Shown one piece after another: positions 19,723 through 30,865 of a stretch of DNA of 45,826 bases (positions are counted from its first letter, which is position 1; the number at the start of each line of letters is the position of its first letter). The notes under the pieces were generated by a model, which was not told where the DNA came from, ran no database searches, and saw nothing but the letters and a program-made list of their open reading frames with translations. The stretch covers positions 1-45,826 of the forward strand of contig JBNJFT010000002.1 in assembly GCA_051747065.1 (NCBI GenBank). The letters run 5' to 3'. This stretch comes from Bacteroidota bacterium. GTDB lineage: Bacteria; Bacteroidota; Bacteroidia; Bacteroidales; UBA12077. The translations under genes were made by a program, and so were the position numbers.

Positions 19723-20052
19723 ATGGAGAAACGAAAGAAGTCACATATTAAGAAAGGCGATACCGTTTATGTTAATACCGGTGAGAGTCGCGGACAACAA
19801 GGCCGAGTGCTTGAAGTGATGCGAAAACAGAATAAAGCCCTTGTTGAAGGAGTTAATCTCGTATCAAAACATACGAAACCCAATTCCGATAACCCACAGG
19901 GAGGTATAATTAAAAAGGAAGCACCTGTCCATTTATCTAACCTTATGGTAGTTGATCCGAGCACAGGTGAACCTACGCGAATTGGAAGAAAACGAAACCA
20001 GAATAATAAATTAGTGCGTTATTCAAAAAAATCTGGGGAGGAGATTAAGTAA
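19723..20052 (+). CDS. rplX: 50S ribosomal protein uL24
   Basis: KOW motif [21 protein letters not shown]. Confidence 0.96.
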   Translation: MEKRKKSHIKKGDTVYVNTGESRGQQGRVLEVMRKQNKALVEGVNLVSKHTKPNSDNPQGGIIKKEAPVHLSNLMVVDPSTGEPTRIGRKRNQNNKLVRYSKKSGEEIK

Positions 20053-20606
20053 TGGATTATCAGGCACGATTACAGAAAAAATATACAGAAGAGATAATAC
20101 CTGCACTTATGAAAGAGTTTAATTATAAATCTATAATGCAGGTTCCGAAACTTGAGAAGATAACTTTAAATAAGGGTGTAGGTGAAGCAGTTGCCGATAA
20201 AAAATTAATCGAGACAGCTCAGGAAGAATTAACTCTTATCGCTGGACAGAAGGCAATAAAAACTTATTCCAAAAAGGCGATATCAAATTTTAAATTGAGA
20301 GAAAATACACCAATCGGCGTGAAGGTGACATTAAGACGTACGAGAATGTATGAGTTTCTTGATCGATTGATTAGTGTTGCATTACCTCGAGTCAAAGACT
20401 TTAATGGTGTAGAAAGTAACTTTGACGGTAGAGGAAATTATTCTCTCGGAATTGAAGAGCAGATAATTTTCCCGGAAATTAACCTAGATAAAGTTGATAA
20501 AATTAGTGGACTAGAGGCAAATTTTGTGATATCTGCTCCAACCGATGAAGAAGGTTATGCTTTATTACGCGAATTTGGAATGCCTTTTAAAAATCTTAAA
20601 AAGTAA
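20052..20606 (+). CDS. rplE: 50S ribosomal protein uL5
   Basis: 184 aa, [17 protein letters not shown] motif. Its start overlaps the rplX stop (TAATG). Confidence 0.97.
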   Translation: MDYQARLQKKYTEEIIPALMKEFNYKSIMQVPKLEKITLNKGVGEAVADKKLIETAQEELTLIAGQKAIKTYSKKAISNFKLRENTPIGVKVTLRRTRMYEFLDRLISVALPRVKDFNGVESNFDGRGNYSLGIEEQIIFPEINLDKVDKISGLEANFVISAPTDEEGYALLREFGMPFKNLKK

Positions 20607-20612
20607 TAAGAT

Positions 20613-20882
20613 ATGTCAAAAGAATCAATGAAGGCCAGAGAGAGAAAAAGAAAGAAAATGGTCGATAAGTATGCAAAGAAAAGAGCTAAGTTAAAAGCAG
20701 AAGGGGATTATATCGGATTAAGCCGATTGCCCAGGAATTCAAGTACTGTTAGGTTACATAACAGGTGTGAAATTACTGGACGACCTAAAGGATATATACG
20801 ACAATTTGGAGTAAGCCGCATAACCTTTAGAGAGATGGCTTCAAAGGGCCTAATTCCTGGTGTAAAGAAAGCTAGTTGGTAA
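20613..20882 (+). CDS. rpsN: 30S ribosomal protein uS14 (long, zinc-independent form)
   Basis: 89 aa, ends ...[21 protein letters not shown], no CxxC pairs. Confidence 0.96.
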   Translation: MSKESMKARERKRKKMVDKYAKKRAKLKAEGDYIGLSRLPRNSSTVRLHNRCEITGRPKGYIRQFGVSRITFREMASKGLIPGVKKASW

Positions 20883-20904
20883 TAATTAAAATATCAGTAT
20901 TATC

Positions 20905-21306
20905 ATGATTACAGATACTATAGCAGATTATCTAACAAGAATACGAAACGGTTTGATGGCAGGTCATAAGGTGGTAGAAATCCCCGCATCAAATTTGAAA
21001 ACTGATATTACAAAAATATTGTATGATCAGGGATATATTCTTAGTTATAAGATTGAAGAAGAAGGACATATTCAAGGATTAATAAAAATTGCTTTGAAAT
21101 ATCACCCTAAAACAAAGGAACCTGCAATACGCAAATTGAAAAGGGTGAGTAGACCAGGGTTGCGCGAATATGTTGACACTGATAATATCCCAAGAGTTTT
21201 GAATGGATTGGGAATTGCTGTTATGTCAACCTCTAAAGGTGTGATCTCTGACAAAGAAGCAAGAAAATTAAATGTTGGAGGAGAAGTCTTGTGTTACGTA
21301 CATTAA
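20905..21306 (+). CDS. rpsH: 30S ribosomal protein uS8
   Basis: [16 protein letters not shown]-terminus, C-terminal GGEVLCYV. Confidence 0.97.
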   Translation: MITDTIADYLTRIRNGLMAGHKVVEIPASNLKTDITKILYDQGYILSYKIEEEGHIQGLIKIALKYHPKTKEPAIRKLKRVSRPGLREYVDTDNIPRVLNGLGIAVMSTSKGVISDKEARKLNVGGEVLCYVH

Positions 21307-21316
21307 AAAGGAGGAA
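21307..21316 (+). promoter_or_regulatory. Canonical Shine-Dalgarno sequence (AAGGAGG) upstream of rplF
   Basis: AAAGGAGGAA comes immediately after the rpsH stop, and the GGAGG ends 8 nt before the ATG at 21323. Confidence 0.6.
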
Positions 21317-21322
21317 TTATTC

Positions 21323-21877
21323 ATGTCACGCATAGGTGTTTTGCCGATTAAAATACCCGAAAATGTTAACTTTAACGTTAACGAAAACAATGAGGTACAT
21401 GTTAAAGGCCCAAAAGGAGAATTGAAAAGATGGGTCGATCCAGCCATTAAAATCAATACTGAAGAGGATCAGGTTACTTTAGAGAGAGCTACTGAATCAA
21501 AAAAGCATAAATCTCTGCATGGCCTCTATAGGGTTCTTATATATAATATGGTTGAAGGCGTTTCTGAGGGATTTTCCATTACATTGGAGTTTGTCGGAGT
21601 TGGTTTCAGAGCTGAAGCAAAAGGACAGATTTTAGAAATGAATGTTGGTTATTCTCACGAAATTCACTTTCTTCTCCCTGAAGAAATTAAAGTAGAAGCA
21701 AAAACAGAACGACGAAGTAACCCGAAAGTGACCTTAACAAGCCACGATAAAGAATTGTTGGGAATGGTCGCTGCAAAAATTCGTGCTCTGCGTCCACCAG
21801 AACCTTATAAAGGTAAAGGTATTAAGTATACCGGAGAATGGATTCGTCGTAAAGCTGGTAAAGCTGGTAATGTATAA
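21323..21877 (+). CDS. rplF: 50S ribosomal protein uL6
   Basis: MSRIGVLPIKIPENV N-terminus. The track ORF starting at 21272 overlaps rpsH and adds 17 non-homologous residues, so I chose the ATG at 21323. Confidence 0.95.
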   Translation: MSRIGVLPIKIPENVNFNVNENNEVHVKGPKGELKRWVDPAIKINTEEDQVTLERATESKKHKSLHGLYRVLIYNMVEGVSEGFSITLEFVGVGFRAEAKGQILEMNVGYSHEIHFLLPEEIKVEAKTERRSNPKVTLTSHDKELLGMVAAKIRALRPPEPYKGKGIKYTGEWIRRKAGKAGNV

Positions 21878-21895
21878 TTTTTAAATATCTAAGAG

Positions 21896-22258
21896 ATGGC
21901 TTTAACAAAGAAAGATAGACGATATAAAATCAAGAAACGAGTCAGGAAGAAAATCCAAGGGACCGAAGAAAAACCTAGAATGAGTGTTTTTCGCAGTAAT
22001 AGCCATATATATGTGCAACTTATTGATGATGAGCAAGGTAAGACCTTGTTGGCTTATTCATCCAGAAATAAGGAAGTAGCTGAACAAAGTAATGAAGCTA
22101 ATAAATCGAAGCAAGCTGAATTAGTAGGACAACAAGCGGCAAAAAAATCTTTAGAGAAAGGAATCAACCAAGTTGTTTTTGACCGCAATGGTTACCGATA
22201 TCATGGTAGAGTTAGAAAATTAGCTGAAGGTGCTAGAAAGGAAGGACTTAAATTTTAA
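21896..22258 (+). CDS. rplR: 50S ribosomal protein uL18
   Basis: [17 protein letters not shown]...FDRNGY.YHGRV. Confidence 0.96.
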   Translation: MALTKKDRRYKIKKRVRKKIQGTEEKPRMSVFRSNSHIYVQLIDDEQGKTLLAYSSRNKEVAEQSNEANKSKQAELVGQQAAKKSLEKGINQVVFDRNGYRYHGRVRKLAEGARKEGLKF

Positions 22259-22785
22259 TGACTATGTCAAAAGACACTAATATTAAGAAAGTAAAAACCA
22301 GTGATCTGGAATTAAAAGATCGGCTCGTTAGTATCAAAAGAGTAACTAAAGTTACCAAAGGGGGTCGTCAATTTGGCTTTACAGCTCTTGTAGTAGTTGG
22401 TAACGAAAATGGTATTGTCGGGTACGGCTTAGGTAAAGCAAAAGAGGTCACCACTGCTATAGCAAAAGGCGTTGAAGCAGCAAAGAAGAATTTGGTAAAA
22501 GTACCTATTTTGAAAGGGACTATCCCTCACGAAATAGAATATCGATATTCCGGTGCTCAGATTTTCATGAAACCAGCAGCAAATGGTACAGGAGTGAAAG
22601 CTGGAGGAGCCATGCGTATAGTTCTTGAAAGCGTTGGGGTTAGAGATGTCCTGGGCAAATCAAAAGGTTCCAGTAATCCACATAATCAAGTTAAAGCAAC
22701 AATTGATGCTTTATTGGATATGCGTGATGCTTATACTATAGCTGAACAAAGAAATATTCCACTGGAGAAAGTTTTTAATGGATAA
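22258..22785 (+). CDS. rpsE: 30S ribosomal protein uS5
   Basis: [22 protein letters not shown] motif. Its start overlaps the rplR stop (TAATG). Confidence 0.97.
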   Translation: MTMSKDTNIKKVKTSDLELKDRLVSIKRVTKVTKGGRQFGFTALVVVGNENGIVGYGLGKAKEVTTAIAKGVEAAKKNLVKVPILKGTIPHEIEYRYSGAQIFMKPAANGTGVKAGGAMRIVLESVGVRDVLGKSKGSSNPHNQVKATIDALLDMRDAYTIAEQRNIPLEKVFNG

Positions 22786-22801
22786 GTAAAACTAGAAAAC
22801 C

Positions 22802-22981
22802 ATGGCTAAATTGAAGATAACACAGACGAAGAGTCAAATAAAATGTACTAAAAGACAGAAAAGGACCCTTGAGGCTCTCGGTATAAAAAAGATGCATAAC
22901 CCGGTTGAGATGGAAGCTAATCCACAAATTGAGGGAATGATAAAAAAAGTAAAACATTTGATAACAGTAGAGGAAGTTTAA
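22802..22981 (+). CDS. rpmD: 50S ribosomal protein uL30
   Basis: I translated this 59-aa ORF by hand because it is missing from the track: MAKLKITQTKSQIKCTKRQKRTLEALGIKKMHNPVEMEANPQIEGMIKKVKHLITVEEV. Its position between rpsE and rplO is the expected one. Confidence 0.92.
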   Translation: MAKLKITQTKSQIKCTKRQKRTLEALGIKKMHNPVEMEANPQIEGMIKKVKHLITVEEV

Positions 22982-23005
22982 TAAGAAATTAATTCTTTGA
23001 GCGAT

Positions 23006-23452
23006 ATGAATTTAAGTAATTTAAGACCAGCTCCTAAATCAAACAAAAATAAACTTCGGAAAGGAAGAGGCGAAGGTACAGGGAAAGGTGGAACAGCCAC
23101 CCGAGGACATAAAGGTATGAAGTCAAGAAGCGGTTATTCGCAAAAACTCGGCTTTGAAGGAGGACAGATGCCTTTGTATAGAAGAATACCTAAGTTTGGT
23201 TTTAGGAATATTAATAGAGTAGAATATAAACCTGTTAATTTATCAACTCTTGAAAAATTAGCTAAGGAAAATGATCTTAGTACAATTGATTTAGAAACAA
23301 TATACAATGCAGGTTTGGCTAAGAAAGGAAGTCCTATCAAAATTTTAGGAAAAGGTGATCTTTCTGTGAAATTAGAGGTAAAAGCTCATGCTTTTTCCAA
23401 ATCTGCAAAAGAAGCAATTGAATCAGTTCAAGGAACCGCAGTAAAATTATAA
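23006..23452 (+). CDS. rplO: 50S ribosomal protein uL15
   Basis: MNLSNLRPAPKS...GRGEGTGKGGTATRGHKG. I prefer the ATG at 23006 to the TTG at 22997 used in the track. Confidence 0.95.
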   Translation: MNLSNLRPAPKSNKNKLRKGRGEGTGKGGTATRGHKGMKSRSGYSQKLGFEGGQMPLYRRIPKFGFRNINRVEYKPVNLSTLEKLAKENDLSTIDLETIYNAGLAKKGSPIKILGKGDLSVKLEVKAHAFSKSAKEAIESVQGTAVKL

Positions 23453-23459
23453 TATTGAA

Positions 23460-24800
23460 ATGAGGGCATTTTTAGACACATTAAAGAATATTTGGAAAAT
23501 TGAAGATCTCAAACAACGAATTCTATTTACTTTGGGTATTATAGTGATCTACCGATTGGGTAGTTTTGTTGTGTTACCAGGAATAGATCCTAATCAATTA
23601 AGCGCATTAGATCAGCAGACATCTGAAGGTGTTATGGGTCTTCTGAATATGTTTTCTGGCGGAGCCTTTGCAAATGCTTCAATTTTTGCTTTGGGAATAA
23701 TGCCCTATATTTCGGCTTCTATTGTAGTACAATTACTTGGTATTGCTGTTCCTTATTTTCAAAGATTACAACGTGAAGGAGAAAGTGGTAGAAGAAAGAT
23801 AAATCAAATCACGCGATACCTTACGGTAGGAATACTAATTATACAAGCGCCTGGTTATTTGAAAAACTTACAGGTGCAATTGCCACAAACTGCCTTTGTT
23901 ACAGAGGCCAGTTTTTTCTGGATTTCTTCAGTTATCGTTTTAACTGCCGGCTCCATGTTTATAATGTGGCTGGGAGAAAGAATAACTGATCGGGGAATAG
24001 GTAATGGCATTTCTTTAATAATCATGATTGGAATTATTGCCAGACTACCTCAGGCACTGGTAGCGGAATTTATTTCCCGTTTAGAAGATACTGGAGGTGG
24101 CCTTGTTGCCTTCCTCCTGGAAATGATTATCCTCTTTTTCGTCTTTGTGGCTGTCATTTTATTGGTTCAGGGCACACGTAAAATCCCTGTACAATATGCA
24201 AAGCGTATTGTGGGTAATAAACAATACGGTGGCGTCCGACAATATATTCCACTTAAAGTTAACTCCGCAGGTGTTATGCCTATTATTTTTGCACAGGCAT
24301 TGATGTTTGTGCCAATCACCATTGCTGGGTTTGCAAACTCAGATGCATTATCAGGATTCGCGGCTGCATTTTCTAATATAACAGGATTTTGGTATAATTT
24401 CACTTTTGCTACTATGGTTATTCTTTTTACATATTTTTATACGGCTATTACAATCAATCCATCTCAGATGGCCGAGGATATGAAAAAGAATGGTGGATTT
24501 ATACCAGGTGTCAAACCAGGTAGAAAGACTGTTGAATTTCTTGACAGGATAATGTCAAGAATAACATTCCCTGGTTCAATATTTCTAGCTTTGGTTGCTA
24601 TTATGCCATCTTTTGCTATGATAGCAGGAATCAGCAACCAATGGGCACAATTTTATGGAGGAACATCGTTACTCATATTGGTAGGTGTTGTTCTTGATAC
24701 TCTACAACAAATTGAAAGTCACTTGTTAATGCGTCATTATGACGGATTAATGAAGACAGGAAGAATTAAAGGACGCTCAGGCGGTGCATCCGTTATATAA
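23460..24800 (+). CDS. secY: Preprotein translocase subunit SecY
   Basis: 446 aa, 10 TM, GIMPYISASI and GGTSLLI motifs, spc operon position. Confidence 0.98.
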   Translation: MRAFLDTLKNIWKIEDLKQRILFTLGIIVIYRLGSFVVLPGIDPNQLSALDQQTSEGVMGLLNMFSGGAFANASIFALGIMPYISASIVVQLLGIAVPYFQRLQREGESGRRKINQITRYLTVGILIIQAPGYLKNLQVQLPQTAFVTEASFFWISSVIVLTAGSMFIMWLGERITDRGIGNGISLIIMIGIIARLPQALVAEFISRLEDTGGGLVAFLLEMIILFFVFVAVILLVQGTRKIPVQYAKRIVGNKQYGGVRQYIPLKVNSAGVMPIIFAQALMFVPITIAGFANSDALSGFAAAFSNITGFWYNFTFATMVILFTYFYTAITINPSQMAEDMKKNGGFIPGVKPGRKTVEFLDRIMSRITFPGSIFLALVAIMPSFAMIAGISNQWAQFYGGTSLLILVGVVLDTLQQIESHLLMRHYDGLMKTGRIKGRSGGASVI

Positions 24801-24824
24801 AAGCAAAATTAATAAGTTCTTTGA

Positions 24825-25589
24825 ATGCTGAAGGTTAAAACTGCAGAAGAAATTGAAATTTTGAGGGCAAACAATTTGCTTGTTTCTAAAACCTTAGGTG
24901 AAATAAGTAAAATGATTGAGCCTGGAGTTACAACTCTACAACTCGATAAACGAGCTGAAGAATTTATCCGTGATCATGGAGCAATCCCTGGTTTCCTCGG
25001 ATATGGTGGTTTCCCAAATACTCTCTGTACATCTGTTAATGATGCAATTGTTCATGGGATACCATCAGATGAAGGCGTGCTAAGAGAAGGTGATATTGTT
25101 TCTGTTGATTGCGGTACGAAAATGGATGGGTTTTATGGAGATTCTGCCTATACTTTTAAGGTAGGAGAGATAGATTCTCAAGTAGAACAACTTTTAAAGG
25201 CTACTAAAGAATCCTTATTTAAAGGGATTGAAGAAGCAATAGAAGGGAATCGTGTTGGTGATATCAGTCATGCGGTTCAGACACATGCTGAAAGTTATGG
25301 GTTTTCTGTAGTTAGAGAAATGGTAGGACATGGACTCGGTCAAAATATGCACGAATCTCCTGAAATACCTAATTATGGTAAGCAGGGTAGGGGTTCTAAA
25401 TTAAAAGCGGGTTTAGTTATTTGTATTGAACCAATGATTAATTTAGGAACCAAGAATATTCGACAGGATGCAGATGGATGGACTATACGAACAATGGATA
25501 AAAAACCTTCGGCTCATTTTGAACTGGCTGTCGCCATAAAAAATGGTGAGGCTGATTTTTTGTCAACTTTTGATTTTATTGAGAATTAG
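24825..25589 (+). CDS. map: Type I methionine aminopeptidase
   Basis: Metal ligands in context: DIVSVD, GDSAYTF, GHGLG, EPM. Confidence 0.96.
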   Translation: MLKVKTAEEIEILRANNLLVSKTLGEISKMIEPGVTTLQLDKRAEEFIRDHGAIPGFLGYGGFPNTLCTSVNDAIVHGIPSDEGVLREGDIVSVDCGTKMDGFYGDSAYTFKVGEIDSQVEQLLKATKESLFKGIEEAIEGNRVGDISHAVQTHAESYGFSVVREMVGHGLGQNMHESPEIPNYGKQGRGSKLKAGLVICIEPMINLGTKNIRQDADGWTIRTMDKKPSAHFELAVAIKNGEADFLSTFDFIEN

Positions 25590-25609
25590 AATAAAAACAG
25601 TAATTAAAT

Positions 25610-25828
25610 ATGGCTAAACAACCATCAATTGAACAAGACGGAACTATTGTAGAGGCACTTTCAAATGCTATGTTTCGTGTGGAACTTGAAAATGGACACA
25701 TAATTACTGCACACATTTCTGGAAAGATGCGTATGCATTATATCAAAATTCTTCCTGGTGATAAAGTCAAGGTAGAGATGTCTCCCTATGATCTTTCAAG
25801 GGGACGTATAACATATAGATATAAATAA
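25610..25828 (+). CDS. infA: Translation initiation factor IF-1
   Basis: 72 aa, S1-like, [20 protein letters not shown]...ISGKMR...[20 protein letters not shown]. Confidence 0.98.
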   Translation: MAKQPSIEQDGTIVEALSNAMFRVELENGHIITAHISGKMRMHYIKILPGDKVKVEMSPYDLSRGRITYRYK

Positions 25829-25842
25829 AAAAATATTGAAAA

Positions 25843-25959
25843 ATGAAAGTAAGAGCATCATTAAAGAAGCGAAGCAGCGGTTGTAAAATCGTTAGAAGAA
25901 AAGGACGATTATATGTTATTAACAAAAAAAATCCGAAGTTTAAACAACGACAAGGATAA
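25843..25959 (+). CDS. rpmJ: 50S ribosomal protein bL36 (Cys-poor form)
   Basis: I translated this 38-aa ORF by hand because it is missing from the track: [38 protein letters not shown]. Its position between infA and rpsM is the expected one. Confidence 0.93.
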   Translation: MKVRASLKKRSSGCKIVRRKGRLYVINKKNPKFKQRQG

Positions 25960-25965
25960 TATTTT

Positions 25966-25973
25966 TAACTTTG
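25966..25973 (+). promoter_or_regulatory. Candidate internal -7 promoter box ahead of rpsM
   Basis: TAACTTTG lies 21 nt upstream of the rpsM ATG, in the rpmJ-rpsM gap. Confidence 0.3.
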
Positions 25974-25993
25974 CACTCAAATTTTAAAATTCT

Positions 25994-26371
25994 ATGGCAA
26001 GAATAGTCGGAGTAGATTTACCAAAGAACAAAAGAGGCGTAATTGCTTTAACTTATATCTATGGTATCGGAAAAAGTACAGCCTCCAGAATTATGGAGAA
26101 GGCTGGTATCGATAAAAATATTAAGGTACAGGATTGGTCTGATGATCAAATCTCAACCTTACGAACTATACTGAACGATGAATATAAGGTAGAAGGAGCA
26201 CTTCGCTCTGAAGTACAGATGAATATTAAACGATTGATGGAGATCGGTTGTTATCGTGGAATCCGTCATCGTAGTGGTATGCCTTTGAGAGGACAGTCTA
26301 CCAGGAATAATGCGCGTACCCGTAAAGGAAGGAAAAAGACCGTTGCTAATAAGAAGAAAGCTGTTAAATAA
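25994..26371 (+). CDS. rpsM: 30S ribosomal protein uS13
   Basis: [14 protein letters not shown]...YRG.RHR.G.P.RGQ.T..NART. Confidence 0.98.
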   Translation: MARIVGVDLPKNKRGVIALTYIYGIGKSTASRIMEKAGIDKNIKVQDWSDDQISTLRTILNDEYKVEGALRSEVQMNIKRLMEIGCYRGIRHRSGMPLRGQSTRNNARTRKGRKKTVANKKKAVK

Positions 26372-26382
26372 TTTATTGAAAT

Positions 26383-26772
26383 ATGGCAAAACGAAGTAAA
26401 GTTACCAGAAAAAAGAAGGTTGTAGTTGAACCCCACGGAGAAGCTCATATACAAGCCACGTTTAACAACATTATAATTTCACTGACAAATAGTAATGGTC
26501 AGGTTATTTCCTGGGCTTCATCTGGAAAGATGGGTTTTAAAGGGTCTAAAAAGAATACACCCTATGCAGCACAAATTGCTGCCCAGGATGCAGCAAAAAC
26601 TGCATATGAACTTGGATTACGAAAGGTTAAGGTTTATGTTAAAGGACCAGGTGCCGGTAGAGAATCTGCAATCAGGACAGTAAATAATGCAGGTATAGAG
26701 GTAAAAGAAATTGTTGACGTCACACCATTACCCCATAATGGATGTCGTCCTCCTAAACGTCGAAGAGTTTAA
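26383..26772 (+). CDS. rpsK: 30S ribosomal protein uS11
   Basis: [14 protein letters not shown]...[13 protein letters not shown]...[15 protein letters not shown]. Confidence 0.98.
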   Translation: MAKRSKVTRKKKVVVEPHGEAHIQATFNNIIISLTNSNGQVISWASSGKMGFKGSKKNTPYAAQIAAQDAAKTAYELGLRKVKVYVKGPGAGRESAIRTVNNAGIEVKEIVDVTPLPHNGCRPPKRRRV

Positions 26773-26804
26773 TTAATAATTTTAGAAGAAAAATATAAAG
26801 ATTT

Positions 26805-27413
26805 ATGGCTAGATATAGAGGACCAAAATCGAAGGTTGCAAGGAAAGTGGGTTCACCTATTTTTGGACCGGATAAATACTTTGAAAAGAAGAATTATCCC
26901 CCTGGACAGCACGGTGCTACTAAAAAACGAAGAAAACTATCCGAATATGGTATGCAGCTTCTTGAAAAACAAAAAGCTAAGTACACATACGGACTTCTTG
27001 AGAAACAGTTCTATAATACTTTTATTAAAGCAACCCAAAGCAAAGGGATTACTGGTGAAAATTTGCTTAAGTATTTAGAAACTCGATTGGATAACATTGT
27101 TTTTCGAATGGGAATTGCGCCTACAAGACGCGCTGCAAGACAATTAGTCACTCACAGGCATATTGTTGTTAACGGAAGTGTTTTAAATGTTCCTTCATAC
27201 AATGTAAAACCCGGTGATATTATAGGCGTTCGTGAGAAATCAAAATCATTGGAAGTTATTACAGAGTCTCTTGCCTCTTCCAATGCGTCTAAGTACTCAT
27301 GGCTAGAGTGGGATGGTGATAAAATGGCCGGAAAACTCCTTAATGTTCCAGAAAGGGAAGAGATTCCTGAGAGAATCAAGGAGCAGTTGATTGTAGAATT
27401 GTATTCAAAATAA
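26805..27413 (+). CDS. rpsD: 30S ribosomal protein uS4
   Basis: [10 protein letters not shown]...S4 RNA-binding domain [18 protein letters not shown]. Confidence 0.98.
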   Translation: MARYRGPKSKVARKVGSPIFGPDKYFEKKNYPPGQHGATKKRRKLSEYGMQLLEKQKAKYTYGLLEKQFYNTFIKATQSKGITGENLLKYLETRLDNIVFRMGIAPTRRAARQLVTHRHIVVNGSVLNVPSYNVKPGDIIGVREKSKSLEVITESLASSNASKYSWLEWDGDKMAGKLLNVPEREEIPERIKEQLIVELYSK

Positions 27414-27431
27414 TTTAATATACTACTATTT

Positions 27432-28424
27432 ATGGCATTACTAGAATTTCAAAAACCCGAAAAGGTTATAATGATTGAATCTAACGATACTCAAGGTACC
27501 TTTGAGTTTCGTCCACTAGAACCTGGGTATGGTATTACGGTAGGTAATGCTTTGAGAAGAGTCCTTTTGTCATCCTTAGAAGGGTATGCTATTACAAAGG
27601 TGAAAATTGAAGGAGTCGATCATGAGTTTTCTACCATAACCGGAGTTATAGAAGATGTGAATGAGATCATCCTCAATTTGAAACAGATACGTTTTAAAAG
27701 TAACACTGAAGAAATTGACAACGAAAAAATTAATTTTACCATCTCCGGCAAAGAAGAATTCCGGGCAGGGGAGTTAAATAATCATTTGAGTAATTTCGAA
27801 GTGCTTAATACCGACTTATTAATTTGTTCCATGGAGCCTGATGTAAAATTACAAATTGAACTTCATGTAACAAAAGGACGGGGTTATGTACAGGCTGAGG
27901 AAAACAAGTCGGAGGATGATGAAATAGGGGTTATCGCTATTGATTCAATTTTTACTCCTATTAAAAATGTAAAATATTCAATAGATAACTATCGAGTAGA
28001 ACAAAAAACCGATTATGAGAAATTGATGTTTGATATCATTACTGACGGTTCTATTCATCCTAAGGAAGCTTTAAAAGAAGCGGCAAAAATACTTATCTAT
28101 CATCTAATGTTATTCTCTGATGAAAAAATAACTTTAGATACAGAAGAGAAATACGGAGGTGATGAATTCGATGAAGAAGCTCTGCACATGAGACAATTGT
28201 TAAAGACAAAATTGAATGATATGGATCTTTCTGTTAGAGCTTTGAATTGCTTGAAAGCCGCCGAAGTTGAAACACTTGGAGATCTGGTTCAATATAATCG
28301 AAATGATCTGTTGAAATTCAGAAATTTTGGAAAGAAATCTCTGGCCGAACTTGAGGAATTATTAGACAAGATGAATTTAAGTTTTGGAATGGATGTTTCT
28401 AAGTATAAATTAGACAAGGAGTAA
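27432..28424 (+). CDS. rpoA: DNA-directed RNA polymerase subunit alpha
   Basis: 330 aa, [15 protein letters not shown] motif, and a CTD with [10 protein letters not shown]...[10 protein letters not shown]. Confidence 0.98.
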   Translation: MALLEFQKPEKVIMIESNDTQGTFEFRPLEPGYGITVGNALRRVLLSSLEGYAITKVKIEGVDHEFSTITGVIEDVNEIILNLKQIRFKSNTEEIDNEKINFTISGKEEFRAGELNNHLSNFEVLNTDLLICSMEPDVKLQIELHVTKGRGYVQAEENKSEDDEIGVIAIDSIFTPIKNVKYSIDNYRVEQKTDYEKLMFDIITDGSIHPKEALKEAAKILIYHLMLFSDEKITLDTEEKYGGDEFDEEALHMRQLLKTKLNDMDLSVRALNCLKAAEVETLGDLVQYNRNDLLKFRNFGKKSLAELEELLDKMNLSFGMDVSKYKLDKE

Positions 28425-28430
28425 AAAAGA

Positions 28431-29108
28431 ATGAGACACGGAAAAAAATTAAACCACTTAAGCAGAACTAGCGCGCATAGAAAAGCTATGATGGCAAACA
28501 TGGCCTCATCCTTAATTTTAAATAAAAGAATTAGGACAACAACGGCTAAAGCTAAAGCCCTTAGAATCTTTATTGAACCCCTCATTACGAAGGCAAAAAC
28601 TGATAATACACATTCCAGACGTATAGTTTTTAGATATTTGCAAGATAAATACGCTGTTTCTGAACTTTTCAGGGATGTGGCTGAAAAGGTTGCCGATCGT
28701 CCAGGTGGCTACACACGTATACTAAAAACCGGATCACGACAGGGTGATAACGCTGAGATGTGTTTTATCGAATTAGTCGATTATAATGAGACCTACACCG
28801 ATAGTGAGAGCAAAAAATCTAAAGCCGGTAAGAAACGTAGAAGAAGAGGAGGAAAGAAGAAAGCTCAAACTGAGGAACAAACACAAAAACAGCAAGTGGC
28901 CGAAAATGAATCCGATGTAGAAGAAACTAGTTCTGAGGCTCAAAATCAGCAGATTGAGGAAGGTGAAGATACTCATGCTGAGGCATCTCAAGACAAAGAT
29001 GTACCCGAGAATAGCAAAGATCAAGAGGATGTAAGCAAAGAGGATCAAAAAGAGGAAGATAAAGGGACTGAAAATAAAAATAACGAGAACAAAGAAGAGA
29101 AAGAATAA
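28431..29108 (+). CDS. rplQ: 50S ribosomal protein bL17 with long charged C-terminal extension
   Basis: [20 protein letters not shown] core for roughly the first 125 aa, then a K/R- and then E/D/Q-rich low-complexity tail of about 95-100 aa. Confidence 0.95.
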   Translation: MRHGKKLNHLSRTSAHRKAMMANMASSLILNKRIRTTTAKAKALRIFIEPLITKAKTDNTHSRRIVFRYLQDKYAVSELFRDVAEKVADRPGGYTRILKTGSRQGDNAEMCFIELVDYNETYTDSESKKSKAGKKRRRRGGKKKAQTEEQTQKQQVAENESDVEETSSEAQNQQIEEGEDTHAEASQDKDVPENSKDQEDVSKEDQKEEDKGTENKNNENKEEKE

Positions 29109-29135
29109 AAAATCTTTTAGGTTTACATTACATAG

Positions 29136-29171
29136 AAAAAGGATAGCTACACAGAATGGCTATCCTTTTTT
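29136..29171 (+). terminator. Intrinsic terminator closing the ribosomal superoperon
   Basis: 12-bp perfect stem AAAAAGGATAGC / GCTATCCTTTTT with an 11-nt loop, followed by T-rich sequence. Confidence 0.7.
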
Positions 29172-29290
29172 ATTTTATGAACTTTCATTAATACAGCCGT
29201 GAAAAAAGGAGTTACCCTGTCTGTTTTTTATTTATGTATTACTTTTTATTAAATAGGGATTATATTTTATGAATTATAGACAATATTCAA

Positions 29291-29298
29291 TAAATTTG
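29291..29298 (+). promoter_or_regulatory. Candidate -7 promoter box for eno
   Basis: TAAATTTG lies 45 nt upstream of the eno ATG. Confidence 0.35.
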
Positions 29299-29330
29299 AT
29301 AGTTCGGATATTATTATATTAACCCAATAA

Positions 29331-30632
<1,302 letters not shown>

Positions 30633-30652
30633 TTTTAAGAGTCTTTAAATTT

Positions 30653-30695
30653 AAGGATGCTGAAGTTCTAATCATAATTTTCAGTATCCTTTTTT
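30653..30695 (+). terminator. Intrinsic terminator after eno
   Basis: 12-bp stem AAGGATGCTGAA / TTCAGTATCCTT (one G-U pair) followed by TTTT. Confidence 0.65.
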
Positions 30696-30865
30696 CGTTT
30701 CAAACGTTATTATAAGTCTTAAATAATTATAAATTGCAAATAAATTGTTTAATTTTAAGTGGTGAAAATATTTATTCAATTATTCATAATTGGATGAAAT
30801 CTGTTTTATAGATAAATCTTAATTGTTTGTTGTACGGGTCTTATATTTATAAAAAAAGTTTCTGC

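Noticed and set aside
21272-21322. N-terminal 17-codon extension of the rplF ORF in the track
   Set aside because: It overlaps the conserved end of rpsH. The uL6 homology begins at MSRIGV (ATG at 21323), which also has the SD at proper spacing.
25843-25959. bL36 lacks three of the four zinc ligands (single Cys, NPKFKQRQG)
   Set aside because: From memory the Cys-poor form ([10 protein letters not shown]...[23 protein letters not shown]) is the normal Bacteroidota bL36, so this is lineage-typical and not novel.
28289-29048. Minus-strand ORFs 28289-28585 (98 aa) and 28773-29048 (91 aa)
   Set aside because: They are antisense to rpoA/rplQ. The second simply mirrors the low-complexity GAA/AAG-rich rplQ tail.
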